64,000 nt of DNA. It comes from Octopus sinensis (Eukaryota). The position numbers were made by a program, and so were the translations under genes. The notes below the pieces were generated by a model. The model was given only the letters and a program-made list of their open reading frames with translations, was not told where the DNA came from and searched no databases. This document shows, piece by piece, positions 1 through 12,599 of this stretch (position 1 is its first letter; each line of letters opens with the position of its first letter). The DNA lies in assembly GCF_006345805.1 (NCBI RefSeq), contig NC_042999.1, positions 162,192,001 to 162,256,000 of the forward strand, in the 5' to 3' direction.

Positions 1-1890
1 GATTTGCTTCCACATCTGGAATTTCATTTCTAATTCTACTACAGTTTCAGCTATAAGAACAAGGTCATTGGCACAGAGGAGTTTCCATAGGCAACCAGTC
101 TTAAATTCCTCAGTTGTAGATAGGAAGACTACAATAAATAGGAAAGGAATGACAACTGAACCCTAGTGAACTCCTACTTGCACACTAAATTCATTGCTGT
201 ACTCATGCCCAACTCTCACCTTACATGGCTAGAACAATTCTCACCAGCCATGCAGTGACCACAAGATGAAGCAGCAAGCAACCTGTCAAAGCTTTCTCCA
301 GTACAGTGATTTACTTTTGCATAAATATTTCTCCTGAAGTTACCTTATGAGAAAGAGAGCATCAGTAGTGTTCTCCCAAGTACAAAACCAAACTGTATTT
401 AATTTAACTCTCTTCCTAATTAGTTAACTTGTAACTCTTTCTATACTTTCATGCTCAAGCCCAACAATTTTATCCCTCTGTAATTACTTCTAAGGCATCT
501 CCTTTATCCTTATAACAGTTGACAATAATGCTGTTACACCAGCTGTTGGGTATGATACCTTCCTGTACAACTTGATTTACTATACAGGTGACTAGGCTGT
601 ATCCCACTCCATCAGATATTTGAAGCATCTCAGTAATAATTAGTGGTGGGTCAGCATCTTTCCCTGTCTTCATATGGTGAAGCGTGATTTAAAGCCTAGG
701 CCTATTTGGCTGCTATTTTTAGCACATGTGACAACCATCTCAATGACTGCAACAAAAATATTCAGTCGATAACCAAGTCCACTTTTTTAATACAAAGGGA
801 CATCTCATGCGAGTAGTCAAATCAATAAAAGTGCATCCTTATTCTAGGCATGCCAAGATATAAGTAAATGCAGAATGAATTTCTAAAAATTCTTTGTCAC
901 CCATAAAAGGTTCCCCATCACCCACCAAAATCTCAAATCGCCCACCATTTTCTAGAAATTCCCCCATCACCCACCTGTAAGTTGAAATCGCCCACTGGTG
1001 GGCAATACCGCTTCATCTATCATACTGCTGTCAACATGAATAGCAGAACCTGCTCTTTATTCCATTCATTCTCTATTATAGCACCTCCATGCTTCTTTGC
1101 TTTCAGAATCACTGTGTAGAAGTGCACGATTACCCTTCTGTACACACATCTCCACCACTTCTTGATTTCCTCTGAATCACTGCATCTTCTCCTCATGCCA
1201 TAGAACATTGATAAACCTCTTTCTTTCAGTTTCTTCCCTTGCTGTCTTCTAGCTTCTCTTCAAGCTACTTGCTATACTTTTCTGCTGCTCCCATTCTTCC
1301 AGTCCTGCCTCTTCATTTTTATGGCACTATATCCCTCACTGTTCCAACACCATGTCAACCTTAATCAGGTGGGACTTTACACCAGCAAGTTGTTCTATAA
1401 GGACTTCCATTTGTCTTGTATGTTATATATTTCTGTCTCTTCCTTCTCATCAAATGCTTCCATTAAAACTTATCTAAATCTCTAACTGTTAAAAGGATCC
1501 TTAAGCGTCCATATACTCCTTTTCCAGATAAGTTTGTCTCTGAGTCCAAGTAGCTCTTAGTTTTTGTTACTAACTACTAACCTATATTGTATAGTACATT
1601 CTTCACAAAAAAAGACTGCATTCACAAGAGTCTCCTTTACCTGTTTTTTGGTGAGAATGTAGTCAATCTGGTTTATGTGCCCACCAGATTGATAGTTGAT
1701 TAAGTGGCTGGTAGGCTTTCTGAGTTAGTGCTGCATATCAACCAACCAGTCAGTCACATCACAGAACTCCAGCAACCTTGTTCTCTCCTCATTTCTAGAA
1801 TCAAATCTGTAAGCTCTGTGTATACCATGAAATCCAATGGAGTGCTACCTAACATGTCTGATGAAACCACCTGCCTCAAATTGATGCATG
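1..1890 (-). mobile_element. Decayed RTE-type LINE (endonuclease end, linker, RT start), interrupted at 675-1011
   Basis: Minus-strand remnants RLLEFCD / QIDYILTKK, MKTGK..IIPNSWCNSIIVNCYKDKGDALE, and RT-like sequence at 1-200. Confidence 0.75.
675..1011. repeat. 337-bp exact duplicate of 5348-5684 (hAT subterminal region)
   Basis: Base-by-base comparison shows no difference. Confidence 0.95.
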
Positions 1891-1901
1891 TGTGTGTGGG
1901 A

Positions 1902-1902
<1 letters not shown>

Positions 1903-1974
<72 letters not shown>
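1903..1974. repeat. (GA)n microsatellite
   Basis: Direct reading. Confidence 0.98.
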
Positions 1975-1977
<3 letters not shown>

Positions 1978-2405
1978 TTGAACAGTGAGAATAATGCCTA
2001 ACGAACTCAAACAACTAAGAAATTGAGATACTGCCATTGTCAGAACAGTACACTCTTTCTATTGTATGGCTTTTACTCCTTAATAATTTCACAGCAAGAC
2101 TACTTAAGCATTCTTATACAGAACTAGATAAATAATTTTCTATATGGTATATTATGTACTTTACTTCACATAGTGTATTAGTTTGCATGTAAGACAAGCA
2201 TAAATTTATCTTATAAGCAAGCATATAAAAAAATAAAAACAAGAAAAAATATTTCATTACATCAAATAATTATTATTCTCATAATTAACCTTAATTTACA
2301 TAGCTGTGAGAAATGTTTAAATATTGCTGCTAGAAACTGGGTATCTTATTTATTGTCTGCCAATATACTAATGTGTAACACTAGCTATGTATACACATAC
2401 TCAGT

Positions 2406-2794
2406 GGAGGCACAATGGCCCAGTGGTTAGGGCAGCAGACTCACGGTCGTAGGATCGCGGTTTCGATTCCCAGACCGGGCGTTGTGAGTGTTTATTGAGC
2501 GAAAACACCTAAAGCTCCACAAGGCTCCGGCAGGGATGGTGGTGATCCCTGCTGTACTCTTTCACCACAACTTTCTCTCACTCTTACTTCCTGTTTCTGT
2601 TGTACCTGTATTTCAAAGGGCCGACCTTGTCACTCTCTGTGTCATGCTGAATATCCCCGAGAACTACGTTAAGGGTGCACGTGCCTGTGGAGTGCTCAGC
2701 CACTTACACGTTAATTTCACGAGCAGGCTGTTCCGTTGATTCGGATCAACCAGAACCCTCGTCGTCGTAACCGACGGAGTGCTTCCATCCATCC
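2406..2794 (+). mobile_element. tRNA-derived SINE family A (head GGAGGCGCAATGGCCCAGTGGTTAGG)
   Basis: A/B-box tRNA-like head; six copies in window; (CCAT)n-like tail; 31-bp flanking duplication. Confidence 0.9.
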
Positions 2795-3417
2795 ACTAAT
2801 GTGTAACACTAGCTATGTATACACACGCACAATATACTGACTGTTCTTACACTGCAGAATCAATACAGAACAAAGATTTACGTAAATCATATTGGAAAAC
2901 CAGAAGTGTCATGTAAAACAGCAATGTTGTAAAGTAATAACTAAAGTTGAAAATAAAATAAAACTTTGCTGATCAAACAAAACTGATACTTTTACAGTTT
3001 TCAGAGATAAATTCAGTAAACAAGTTTTGTTTTTATTGATTTTCAATTAGATTAGGAAAGAACAATTTCAGAAAGTATTCCTCAATAACAAGTTTTAAAA
3101 AAATGAAAAACAGGCTGTATTCTGGAAAACATATGGTATTATTAACTGACAAGAATAAAATAGTCTCAATTTTAGAATATGCAGTTTTGTTCTAAAATGT
3201 TCTTTAAATATTTCAAGATTGTCCAGCTAAAATATTTTTCCCAATTTTCTTTTTAAATATCTCCACAGACAGACTATTTCAGTAGTTTTTCTATCACTAA
3301 AGAAAGAAAAATCTATGTGTGTCATGTGGGGAATCTATTTTATTCTTATCTTCTATTTTCTTCAAATAATTTTGCGACATTTTTTTAAAAGTTAGTTTAA
3401 TGTTGAATAGTTTAAGG

Positions 3418-5702
3418 CAGTATTTCCTAAACTTTTCATGCCAAATTGGAATGTCACCCACCTATCAGCCAAAAAATGCTCCATCACCCACCTGTGTAAA
3501 AACAACCTGATGCAATTGACTGCATTGACCTCAAATGGATTACTATACCAGTTTGGAATATTCAGTGCAATATAACATCTTGAAATCACTCCACCATGTC
3601 ACCATGCAATAATTGTAAATAGCTGCGATACGTAGTTAAATCCTCACCAACCAATTCATCTTTCAAAGAATCAAGGTGTGGAAATTGATGGAATTGACAT
3701 TTTTGAAATGTTACTTTTATACAGCAACAATTTCAAAATGAAGGTAGTGATAAATGATTTACAGTCAAAGAGAGTTTTTCTGTTTCCTTGCAATAGCTTA
3801 TTCAAATCATTTAATTTTGTGAATATATCACAAAGAAAAGAGATATCACACCTTGCAGCCATCAATGAAGCAGATAGTGAAATATCTTCAAAGAAAAGTA
3901 TGATTATATGAAACAGTTCAACAAAGCATAAAACACAGTTTCCTTTTCACAGCCACTGCACTTTGGTAGGGTGTAAGAGTTTAGTATAGTCCTCAGCATT
4001 TCTCAGACAGAGTTGACGGAAAATTCGATCAGACAAGGGATTGGACTTCAATTTGTTCACAGTCTTGATAATTAATCATAGCACATCATTCAATCTACCA
4101 TTCATATTTTTTGCCACTAAATGCTGCTGGTATGCCAAGCAATGAACAGTTAATATCTGGTGGGAAATTTCAGGCTTTGGGAGAGATGAAAAACCTCCGT
4201 ATCTTCCTATCATCGAAGGGGCTCCATCAGATGTGCAGGCAAGAATATTACTGAGGGGGATATCATGTTCAAAAAAGGAAAGACTTGAGAGTGTGAAAAA
4301 TAGTTGCACCTTTTGAATCAAGCAGAAATTTCTCTGTGAACAGCATTTCCTCACAAGGTTGAAGGTCTTTGCTGAAACACTGAATATATACCATCATCAA
4401 ACATTGATTGTCCACAACAGTTGATTCATCCACTTGTATAAGAAAATTCAGAATGCTGGAGAATATTAATGAGCTGATGTTTGACATCATTGGCCATTTT
4501 ATCGATGCTTCAAGAAATGGATCTTCGTGATGTTAGCGGGATTTTCGTGCTTAATGGTTGACAAAACCTCTTTGATAACTGGGCAAAGTAATGTTTCTCC
4601 AATTGTGTGAAACTTCCCAGACTTAGCAACAAGCAATGGAATGTTGTACGATGCAATCAATCCATTATTCTCATGCTTACCAGTTTCTTGGGGTAGCACG
4701 TTGAATGTTTGTATTTGCTTTTTGAAAGAGGAGCTCAGTTGCAAAAAGTATGATAATGGCTTGTCCTTCTCAGAATGCCTTGCATCAAAGTGATACTTCA
4801 AGTGTGAAGGTTTCATTGCTTTGTAGGTCAGTGTTTGATGGCAAAGAAGACACATTGGTAACTGACAGTTCTGAGGAGAGGGAATAAATCCAAATGATAA
4901 ATAATCACTACTGTACTGTCGATAAATTTCCTTGACTGGAGGCATGAGTAAAGTGAAAATGTGAAAATAAATTTCTATGAACGGCATCAGAAAAGCAGTA
5001 TGGTATTCTCAAGCTGACATCTTTACTGGAGCAAATACAGATCTAGTTCATTTGGCCACCAGCATTTCAAAAATTAGAGTTTATTCAACTTTTTCCAGAA
5101 AAATGTTTTAAAAAAGTTGTAGAGGTTTAAAATCTGATCATTTTCACCCAGTCAAGAAACACGATATCAAAGCTGTTATTTCGTGCATGACTGCACATTG
5201 TGTCAGCATCCTGAAAATAGCACTTGTGTTTTGATATGAAACTTTTTCCTTCTCATAACTTTTTTAATTGTTTGGAGTTTTCAGAAAATGTTTGTATATT
5301 TGTATTCTACACACAGGACTTCATACGATTATGTAAAAAAAAAATTGTGGTGAAGCGTGATTTAAAGCCTAGGCCTATTTGGCTGCTATTTTTAGCACAT
5401 GTGACAACCATCTCAATGACTGCAACAAAAATATTCAGTCGATAACCAAGTCCACTTTTTTAATACAAAGGGACATCTCATGCGAGTAGTCAAATCAATA
5501 AAAGTGCATCCTTATTCTAGGCATGCCAAGATATAAGTAAATGCAGAATGAATTTCTAAAAATTCTTTGTCACCCATAAAAGGTTCCCCATCACCCACCA
5601 AAATCTCAAATCGCCCACCATTTTCTAGAAATTCCCCCATCACCCACCTGTAAGTTGAAATCGCCCACTGGTGGGCAATACCGCCCACTTTGTGAAGCTA
5701 TG
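3418..5702 (-). mobile_element. Full-length decayed hAT transposon (Buster/SPIN-like)
   Basis: BED finger (YLSFGF..PMCLLC..HLKYHFDARH), VDEST, DGAPSMIG and CxxH (HCLAYQQH) across frameshifted ORFs 4987-3671; imperfect TIRs CAGTATTTCCTAAACT / CATAGCTTCACAAAGT; 8-bp TSD gtttaagg/ggttaagg with central TA. Confidence 0.9.
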
Positions 5703-5869
5703 GGTTAAGGTGTAAAGGGGTGGCAGTGTTCACAAGTGAAAACTGTCAGTTGTAGCGTATAGAAGAAACAATAGACTATACTGGACTAGAAGAGAAAGAT
5801 TGATAAGGAGAACTTAATATTCATGCTCAAAGCACAAGTTTCTACCCCCCAACTACCACTACCACGGTA

Positions 5870-6097
5870 TCTATTTCTTTACTACCCACAAGGGGCTAAC
5901 ACAGAGAGGACCAACAAGGACAGAAAAATGGATTAAGTCGATTATATCGACCCCAGTGCGTAACTGGTACTTAATTCATCGACCCCGAAAGGATGAAAGG
6001 CAAAGTCAACCTCGGCGGAATTTGAACTCAGAACGTAGCGGCAGACGAAATACCGCTAAGCATTTCGCGTGCTAACGTTTCTGCCAGCTCGCCGCCA
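5870..6097 (-). mobile_element. tRNA-derived SINE family C (head GGYGGCGAGCTGGCAGAAACGTTAGC, CORE-like middle)
   Basis: Shared with 10082-10533, 15427-15660 and 36325-36740. Confidence 0.85.
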
Positions 6098-6686
6098 CGG
6101 TATCTTCTCTGTAATGCCTAACTTTAAGTCATTGTGTCAGAAGTCTTTACTTTTTTCTTTACACCTATTTTACACAAAGTCAACAAGACTTAAAAATTGT
6201 TGTTCAAAGCACAATTCAGAATTGATGATGTTGACTTTTTTATCATTAAACAGGCAGACTATCAGATTGTTCAACTGCAAAATGTAACAAGGAAATAGAG
6301 GTGTTATAATTAAATGAGGTAACTTCTATGCAGTTTCTAGAAATGCTAGAAATAGCACAAAATCTCTTTCAAATCTCATCTTCTTAAAAAGGAGGAATGC
6401 ATTGGATTATGTCTGAAAATAGATTGAATGGTTACAGCTAGAAGACTTTTGGTCATAAGACAGCTCAATAAGGGTTGATCAGGGGCTAAACAATAATACA
6501 GAAATGAAATACAATACACAACAAATCTCTTTAAAGTTATACCACACAATGGTTCACCAAAACTACTCCAATAATACAGATGCCAATGATGACGTTGAAG
6601 ATGAAACCAATAATGATTGTGGTCAATGTAACAATGCTATTGATTCCCTCAACAAACTACAAATGAAAGGTTACCATTGAGAAAAG

Positions 6687-6720
<34 letters not shown>

Positions 6721-6723
<3 letters not shown>

Positions 6724-7158
6724 AATGAAAGAATGGAGTTGAACGACGATTTAACAAAATTCCTTTATTCTCGACGTATGTTTCGAAGACTGCATATTCT
6801 TAATTCCGAAGGAATAAAGGGTGTATTACGCCGCCTAAAAAAGTTTTTGTTCGTCATGATGCTGACATAAGTTCCTTGTCTTTCCTGATGAGAAGGCAGC
6901 ATAATACACCCTTTATTCCTTCGGAATTAAGAATATGCAGTCTTCGAAACATATGTTGAGAATAAAGGAATTTTGTTAAATCGTCGTTCAACTCTATTCT
7001 TTCATTTATTTATAGTAAAAAAACACACAAATTTCCACACGAATGCACGTGATTTCTGCCCTTGGCATGTAGCTTGAACCATGTTTTCTGACGTAAATTT
7101 GCTACCTGGGTATCGGTTAACCGAATTATCCATACTAGGATAATTCACTCAACTACTT
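6721..7158 (+). mobile_element. Non-autonomous Penelope-type terminal-repeat element with inverted partial copy, embedded in (TA)n
   Basis: Inverted arms about 6722-6836 and 6894-7008; contains a hammerhead; (TA)n on both sides. Confidence 0.65.
6873..6969 (+). ncRNA. Type I hammerhead ribozyme with long stem II
   Basis: TCCTTgtcTTTC-CTGATGA-GAAGGCAGCATA...TATGCAGTCTTC-GAAAC atat GTT-GAGAataAAGGA; the inverted partial copy has GTC at the cleavage triplet. Confidence 0.7.
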
Positions 7159-7978
7159 ATATATATATATATACCTCAGTTTATAAGAAATAAAAAACAT
7201 TAAGTATAAAAATTCAGTTCAACGATAAACAAATCAGTGATAAGGAGTAAAATTTCAGCCCTGTTACCTCTAATAAGTCTAAATATATCCACCAAAAGAT
7301 ACTCTCAACAAGGACTTTGGTGTTCTCTGACAAAAAAACGGCTTCAAATACAGCACGTGTCTTGTTCTGAAAATTGAAATAGTAAAATAAAATATATTGT
7401 AAGGAAAGGAAAGAAAAAACAGAAATTTAAGATATATTTCAAAACTTTCTTTTCTTCATTTGGACTTAGACAAAATATCAGAGACAAATGTGATGCTAGA
7501 CACATTCCTTAATGGTGTAATTCCTTAGTTTTTCAGTTCACTTCTGTACAACATTATGATTATTTAGTATTGCTGTATCAGTCCTTTCTGTCATAGCAAA
7601 TTTATGTGAAGCTCGTTATGGGTTATCTTATGTGGTCTGCCTGCATGCTAAAGCTCTATACTATTTTCATATTGCCATTTTTCTTAGACAGGAGAAGGTT
7701 TATATCAGAACCAGAGAATTTTTTTCTTGAAACAGTTGAAATTAGATGGCAAGATGTGGGCAGCACCGTTTTGCTTTATATTATGTTTCCAAGTATATTT
7801 TGTTGGAGCTAGCATGGAACAACCTATAATGTATAATGGTATAACCTATAATGGTATAATGTGGTGCGTTGTTTCAAAAAATTCTTCACACAGGTGAGAT
7901 TTGTCATCCATATTATAGAAATAGTGAATATTCTTTTCAGTATATCCATGTGAAGGCCAGCTTTTTTTTTATCATAAA

Positions 7979-8353
7979 CTAGCAGTATTGCTCGGCGTTG
8001 CTCGGGTTTGTAAGGGAAATAACTATATAAGCATTTTTAGAGAGTTATAGCCAAAAAATAGCAAAAAAATGCATTAAAAATGGAAAAAAAATTATGGTAA
8101 ATTTTTTTTTAAATCGTTGACTCATCGTAGACATTTTTAGAGAGTTACTTCCCTTATATAATAGCGAAAAAATGCATTAAAATGGGGAAAAATGATGGTA
8201 AATTTTTTTTTAAATCGTAGACTCAGAAGGGCTCGATATGAATCACGACTATAAGATACCCGGTTTTGGTTAAACTGCACCGCAAAATGTGGGAGTAGTT
8301 AGGAATCTAAATCGTAGGAGACAGACACACAACCTCTTTTTTATATATAAAGA
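7979..8353 (-). mobile_element. Non-autonomous Helitron-like element
   Basis: 5' TC, 3' GC-rich subterminal motif then CTAG, inserted between A and T; relative at 26707-27106. Confidence 0.75.
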
Positions 8354-8699
8354 TGTTGCTTCCCATTCAGGACAAATATGTGCATCCAGATTGGAGATAG
8401 TCTATTATCTGTACATGAGGTATTATAATACATAAAAACTATGGCCATATAAAAGAATGGCTGTTCACCATGGCTGATCTAAATGTCACCAATATGTCTG
8501 TCTAAACCAATTTCTTGTGAGCATTCTCTCACTACAGTTATAATTCAATTTGCTACCTTTTCTTTTTATCAGGTCTTTTCGCAACAGACCTTCTGAACCG
8601 AAAGGTACTGAATCTAATACTTAAGTTGTCACCCACATCCCATTTCTTAGGATGTACTGTCAATACTGTCACTAGATATCAGACTTATTGTGTGGTTAT

Positions 8700-8916
8700 A
8701 CTCTTACTCTTTTACTCTTTTACTTGTTTCGGTCATTTGACTGCGGCTATGCTGGAGCACCGCCTTTAATCGAGCAACTCGACGCCAGGACTTATTCATT
8801 TGTAAGCCCAGTACTTATTCTATCGGTCTCTTTTGCCGAACCGCTAAGTAACCGGGACATAAACACACCAGCATCGGTTGTCAAGCAATGCTAGGGGGAC
8901 AAACACACACACACAA

Positions 8917-8965
<49 letters not shown>

Positions 8966-9127
8966 TATGACGGGCTTCTTTCAGTTTCTATCTACCAAAT
9001 CCACTCACAAGGCTTTGGTCGGCCCGAGGCTATAGCAGAAGACACTTGCCCAAGATGCCACGCAGTGGGACTGAACCCGGAACCATGTGGTTGGTTAGCA
9101 AGCTACTTACCACACAGTCACTCCTGC
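8700..9127 (-). mobile_element. tRNA-derived SINE family B (head GGCGCAGGAGTGGCTGTGTGG, internal TA/CA tract, tail (AAAAGAGT)n)
   Basis: About 18 copies in the window. Confidence 0.9.
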
Positions 9128-9378
9128 AATAACTTTTTAAAAAAGTTTTCTTGTATTATTGTCCAAAAAATTCGGTTACGTTCCAGTCTAATACAGAGTT
9201 ATAAGTTACAGTTGTCACAACAAATATGTTTGTTAACTGCTTAGTAGACAAACCAGGATGAGAGCCTTTTCATGATGACTCAACCTGCTAGAGATAGTAG
9301 CCAATTATCCTCAAATCACACCCTATCTTCTCAAAAAATAAGAAAGGGATATATCAGATGATGTAATCTTAGATAATA

Positions 9379-9791
9379 GGCGCAGGAGTGGCTCATAGGC
9401 ACAGGATGGCTGTGTGGTAAGTAGCTTGCTTACCAACCACATGGTTCCGGGTTCAGTCCCACTGCGTGGCATCTTGGGCAAGTGTCTTCTGCTATAGCCT
9501 CGGGCCAACCAATTCCTTGTGAGTGGATTTGGTAGACGGAAACCAAAAGAAGCCTGTCGTATATATGTATATATATATGTGTGTATGTGTGTGTGTTTGT
9601 CCCCCTAGCATTGCTTGACAATCGATGCTGGTGTGTTTACATCCCCGTCACTTAGCGGTTCGGCAAAAGAGACCGATAGAATAAGTACTGGGCTTACAAA
9701 GAATAAGTCCCGGGGTCGATTTGCTCGACTAAAGGCAGTGCTCCAGCATGGCCGCAGTCAAATGACTGAAACAAGTAAAAGAGTAAAAGAG
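9379..9791 (+). mobile_element. SINE family B with duplicated 5' tip
   Basis: Family match; GGCGCAGGAGTGGCT followed by GGCACAGGATGGCT. Confidence 0.9.
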
Positions 9792-10081
9792 ATACTAAGC
9801 TGTTTAAAACTAGACAGGATGCCCAGAACATCTCTGAGCATAGTTTTAGTTGATCATAGTTTACCTGCAGCTAAATAACAACAAAATATTAAAATGAATA
9901 CAAATAATTGCAAGTTAAAGTGAATCAGCTTCACTTCTCTACGTTCCAGATTTACCTTTCATCCCTCTGGAGTTAATAAAATGAGCATCAGTAATATATA
10001 ATAATGAAATTATTGTATACAGTGCTCAGGTGCACCACAATAATATATCTCACCCCTGCCCAACCTTTTTCTGGACATTTA

Positions 10082-10533
10082 CCTATTTCTTTACTACCCA
10101 CAAGGGGCTAAACACAGAGAGGGCAAACAGGGACAGACAAACGGATTAAGTCGATTATATCGACCCCAGGGCGTAACTGGTACTTAAAGGTGGCGAGCTG
10201 GCAGAAACGTTAGCACGCCGGGCGAAATGCTTAGCGGTATTTCGTCTGCGTTACGTTGTGAGTTTAAATTCCGCCGAGGTCGACTTTGCCATTCATCCTT
10301 TCGGGGTCGATAAATTAAGTACCAGTTACGCACTGGGGTCGATGTAATCGACTTAATACCTATGTCTGTCCTTGTTTGTCCGCTCTGTGTTTAACCCCTT
10401 GTGGGTAGTAAAGAAATAGGTACTTATTTAATCGCAAAGTCAACCTTGGCGGAATTTGAACTTAGAACATAAAGACGGACGAAATACGGCTATGCATTTC
10501 GCGTGGCATGCTAACGACTCTGCCAGCTCGCCA
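10082..10533. mobile_element. SINE family C plus-strand copy (10189-10418) nested in a minus-strand copy of the same family
   Basis: TSD ggtactta at 10179-10186 and 10419-10426. Confidence 0.85.
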
Positions 10534-10929
10534 TTATATAGGGGTTGCTTCAATCAACTGTTCTTATCTCCTCCAAATAACTGTGTGAGTGTGTGTGTGA
10601 GAGAGAGAGAGAAAGAGAGAGACTTCTGATACATGTGACCATTCATTCATTATGTGATTCAGTTAGGGGATGTAGTTTGAAAGCCATCCTCCAAACAAGA
10701 AGTTAATGTACTACGGGAAAGCCTGATAATTATTAAACCAGATCTGGATGAAGTAAGGTAAATTAAAGCAAAAATGCATTTCTCAGAACCACAGAAGAAA
10801 TGCTTGTAATGGATTTGAACTTATGACCAAATAATTTGAAAATCTAACACTTTATCTACTCCATTTCACCCAACCAGCTCCTGCTGCTAATACTTCTCCA
10901 CTGTCATCATCGTCATCATCATTTTTCAT

Positions 10930-11353
10930 ACTCTTTACTCTCTCTCTCTCTTTTACTTGTTTCAGTCATTTGACTGCGGCCATGCTGGAGCACCGCCTTT
11001 AGTCGAGCAAATCGACCCCGGGACTTATTCTTTGTAAGCCCAGTACTTATTCTATCGGTCTCTTTTGCCGAACCGCTAAGTAACGGGGACGTAAACACAC
11101 CAGCATCAGTTGTCAAGCAATGCAAGGGGGACAAACACAGACACACAAACACATACACACACACATATATATATATATATACATATATACGACAGGCTTC
11201 TTTCAGTTTCCGTCTAACAAATCCACTCACAAGGCATTGGTCGGCCTGGGGCTATAGCAGAAGACACTTGCCCAAGATGCCACGCAGTGGGACTGAACCC
11301 GGAACCATGTGGTTGGTAAGCAAGCTACTTACTACACAGCCACTCCTGCACCT
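10930..11353 (-). mobile_element. SINE family B
   Basis: Family match. Confidence 0.9.
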
Positions 11354-11801
11354 GTACTATTAAGAACATCTAAAATAAACAGCAATAGATGGGAGATGTC
11401 TGTCAAAAAGAAATCATTGAGTGTCAGAATAAAATCCAACACATATTGAAAATTCTACAGGAATCAGTGGAATGAACTCGCTTTCAGTGTTATTCAATAG
11501 TAATATAATTTTCAATAGTATTATTTAAGATATGGAATGCAGACATAGCATGTGCAAAGCTGATAAATGTATATAAACAGTAATTGATCGATATTTCTCT
11601 CATGCATACATACTAAACACATACATGCAGGCACATTTAGATAGATGTACTATAACAGCTTAATTTCCATTGCTCATTTCTTATTTTACAACAAGAATCC
11701 ATTTCTGCACTGCGCCACATACAAATGCATAATAATGAAAAATAAATAATAAATAAATCCAACAAGAGGCTAAGGATAGAAAATTAATAAACTAATCAAT
11801 A

Positions 11802-11963
11802 GCAGGAGTGGCTGTGTGGTAAGTAGCTTGCTAACCAACCACATGGTTCCGGGTTCAGTCCCACTGCGTGGCATCTTGGGCAAGTGTCTTCTGCTATAGC
11901 CTCGGGCCGACCAAAGCCTTGTGAGTGGATTTGGTAGACGGAAACTGAAAGAAGCCTGTCGTA

Positions 11964-11994
<31 letters not shown>

Positions 11995-12223
11995 GTACAT
12001 GTGTGTTTGTGTGTGTGTGTTTGTCCCCCTAGCATTGCTTGACAACCGATGCTGGTGTGTTTACGTCCCCATCACTTAGCAGTTCGGCAAAAGAGACCGA
12101 TTGAATAAGTACTGGGCTTACAAAGAATAAGTCCCAGGGTCAATTTGCTCAACTAAAGGCGGTGCTCCAGCATGGCCGCAGTCAAATGACTGAAACAAGT
12201 AAAATGGTAAAAGAGAAAAAGAG
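11802..12223 (+). mobile_element. SINE family B
   Basis: Family match. Confidence 0.9.
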
Positions 12224-12599
12224 TATATGATCTGGTTGATGGCTTGTGACAGAAGGATCTTTGAAACACTTTCCTAAACTGAAATACATAATGCAAGAAG
12301 GCATTCTCTGTGGAGAAGAAAAGAGCCAACAGATATGAATGTTATACAACAGTAAAATATACATAAACATTCCGGTTTTGGTGAGATGAGGACAGTTGAT
12401 TCAATCAGCCTATGTATTTTACTAGTGCTTTCTATTTTATTGATACCAGAGGCAAAATGCAAAGCATATATAAATTAACAGATGGGGGAGAGCATAGGAA
12501 CTTGCTAGATTGTAGCTTAGAAATGTGGAAGATTAAGTTGAATGCTCTTCTATTTCTGCTAATTTGCTGTATTTATGACAATGAAATGTTGATATAAAA

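Noticed and set aside
2406-2480. tRNA genes at SINE heads
   Set aside because: tRNA-like A/B boxes run straight into SINE bodies with tails and TSDs, in many copies.
8688-9244. Recurrent ORFs such as MLGGQT.., MSSNARG.. and MFIERKHLK..
   Set aside because: Chance frames within SINE A and B copies, repeated wherever the SINE occurs.
12225-12307. Possible downstream or terminal exon after a strong acceptor at 12308 (-)
   Set aside because: No clear donor, and frames cannot be tied to the upstream exons; a similar candidate at about 2850-2940 is equally unsupported.
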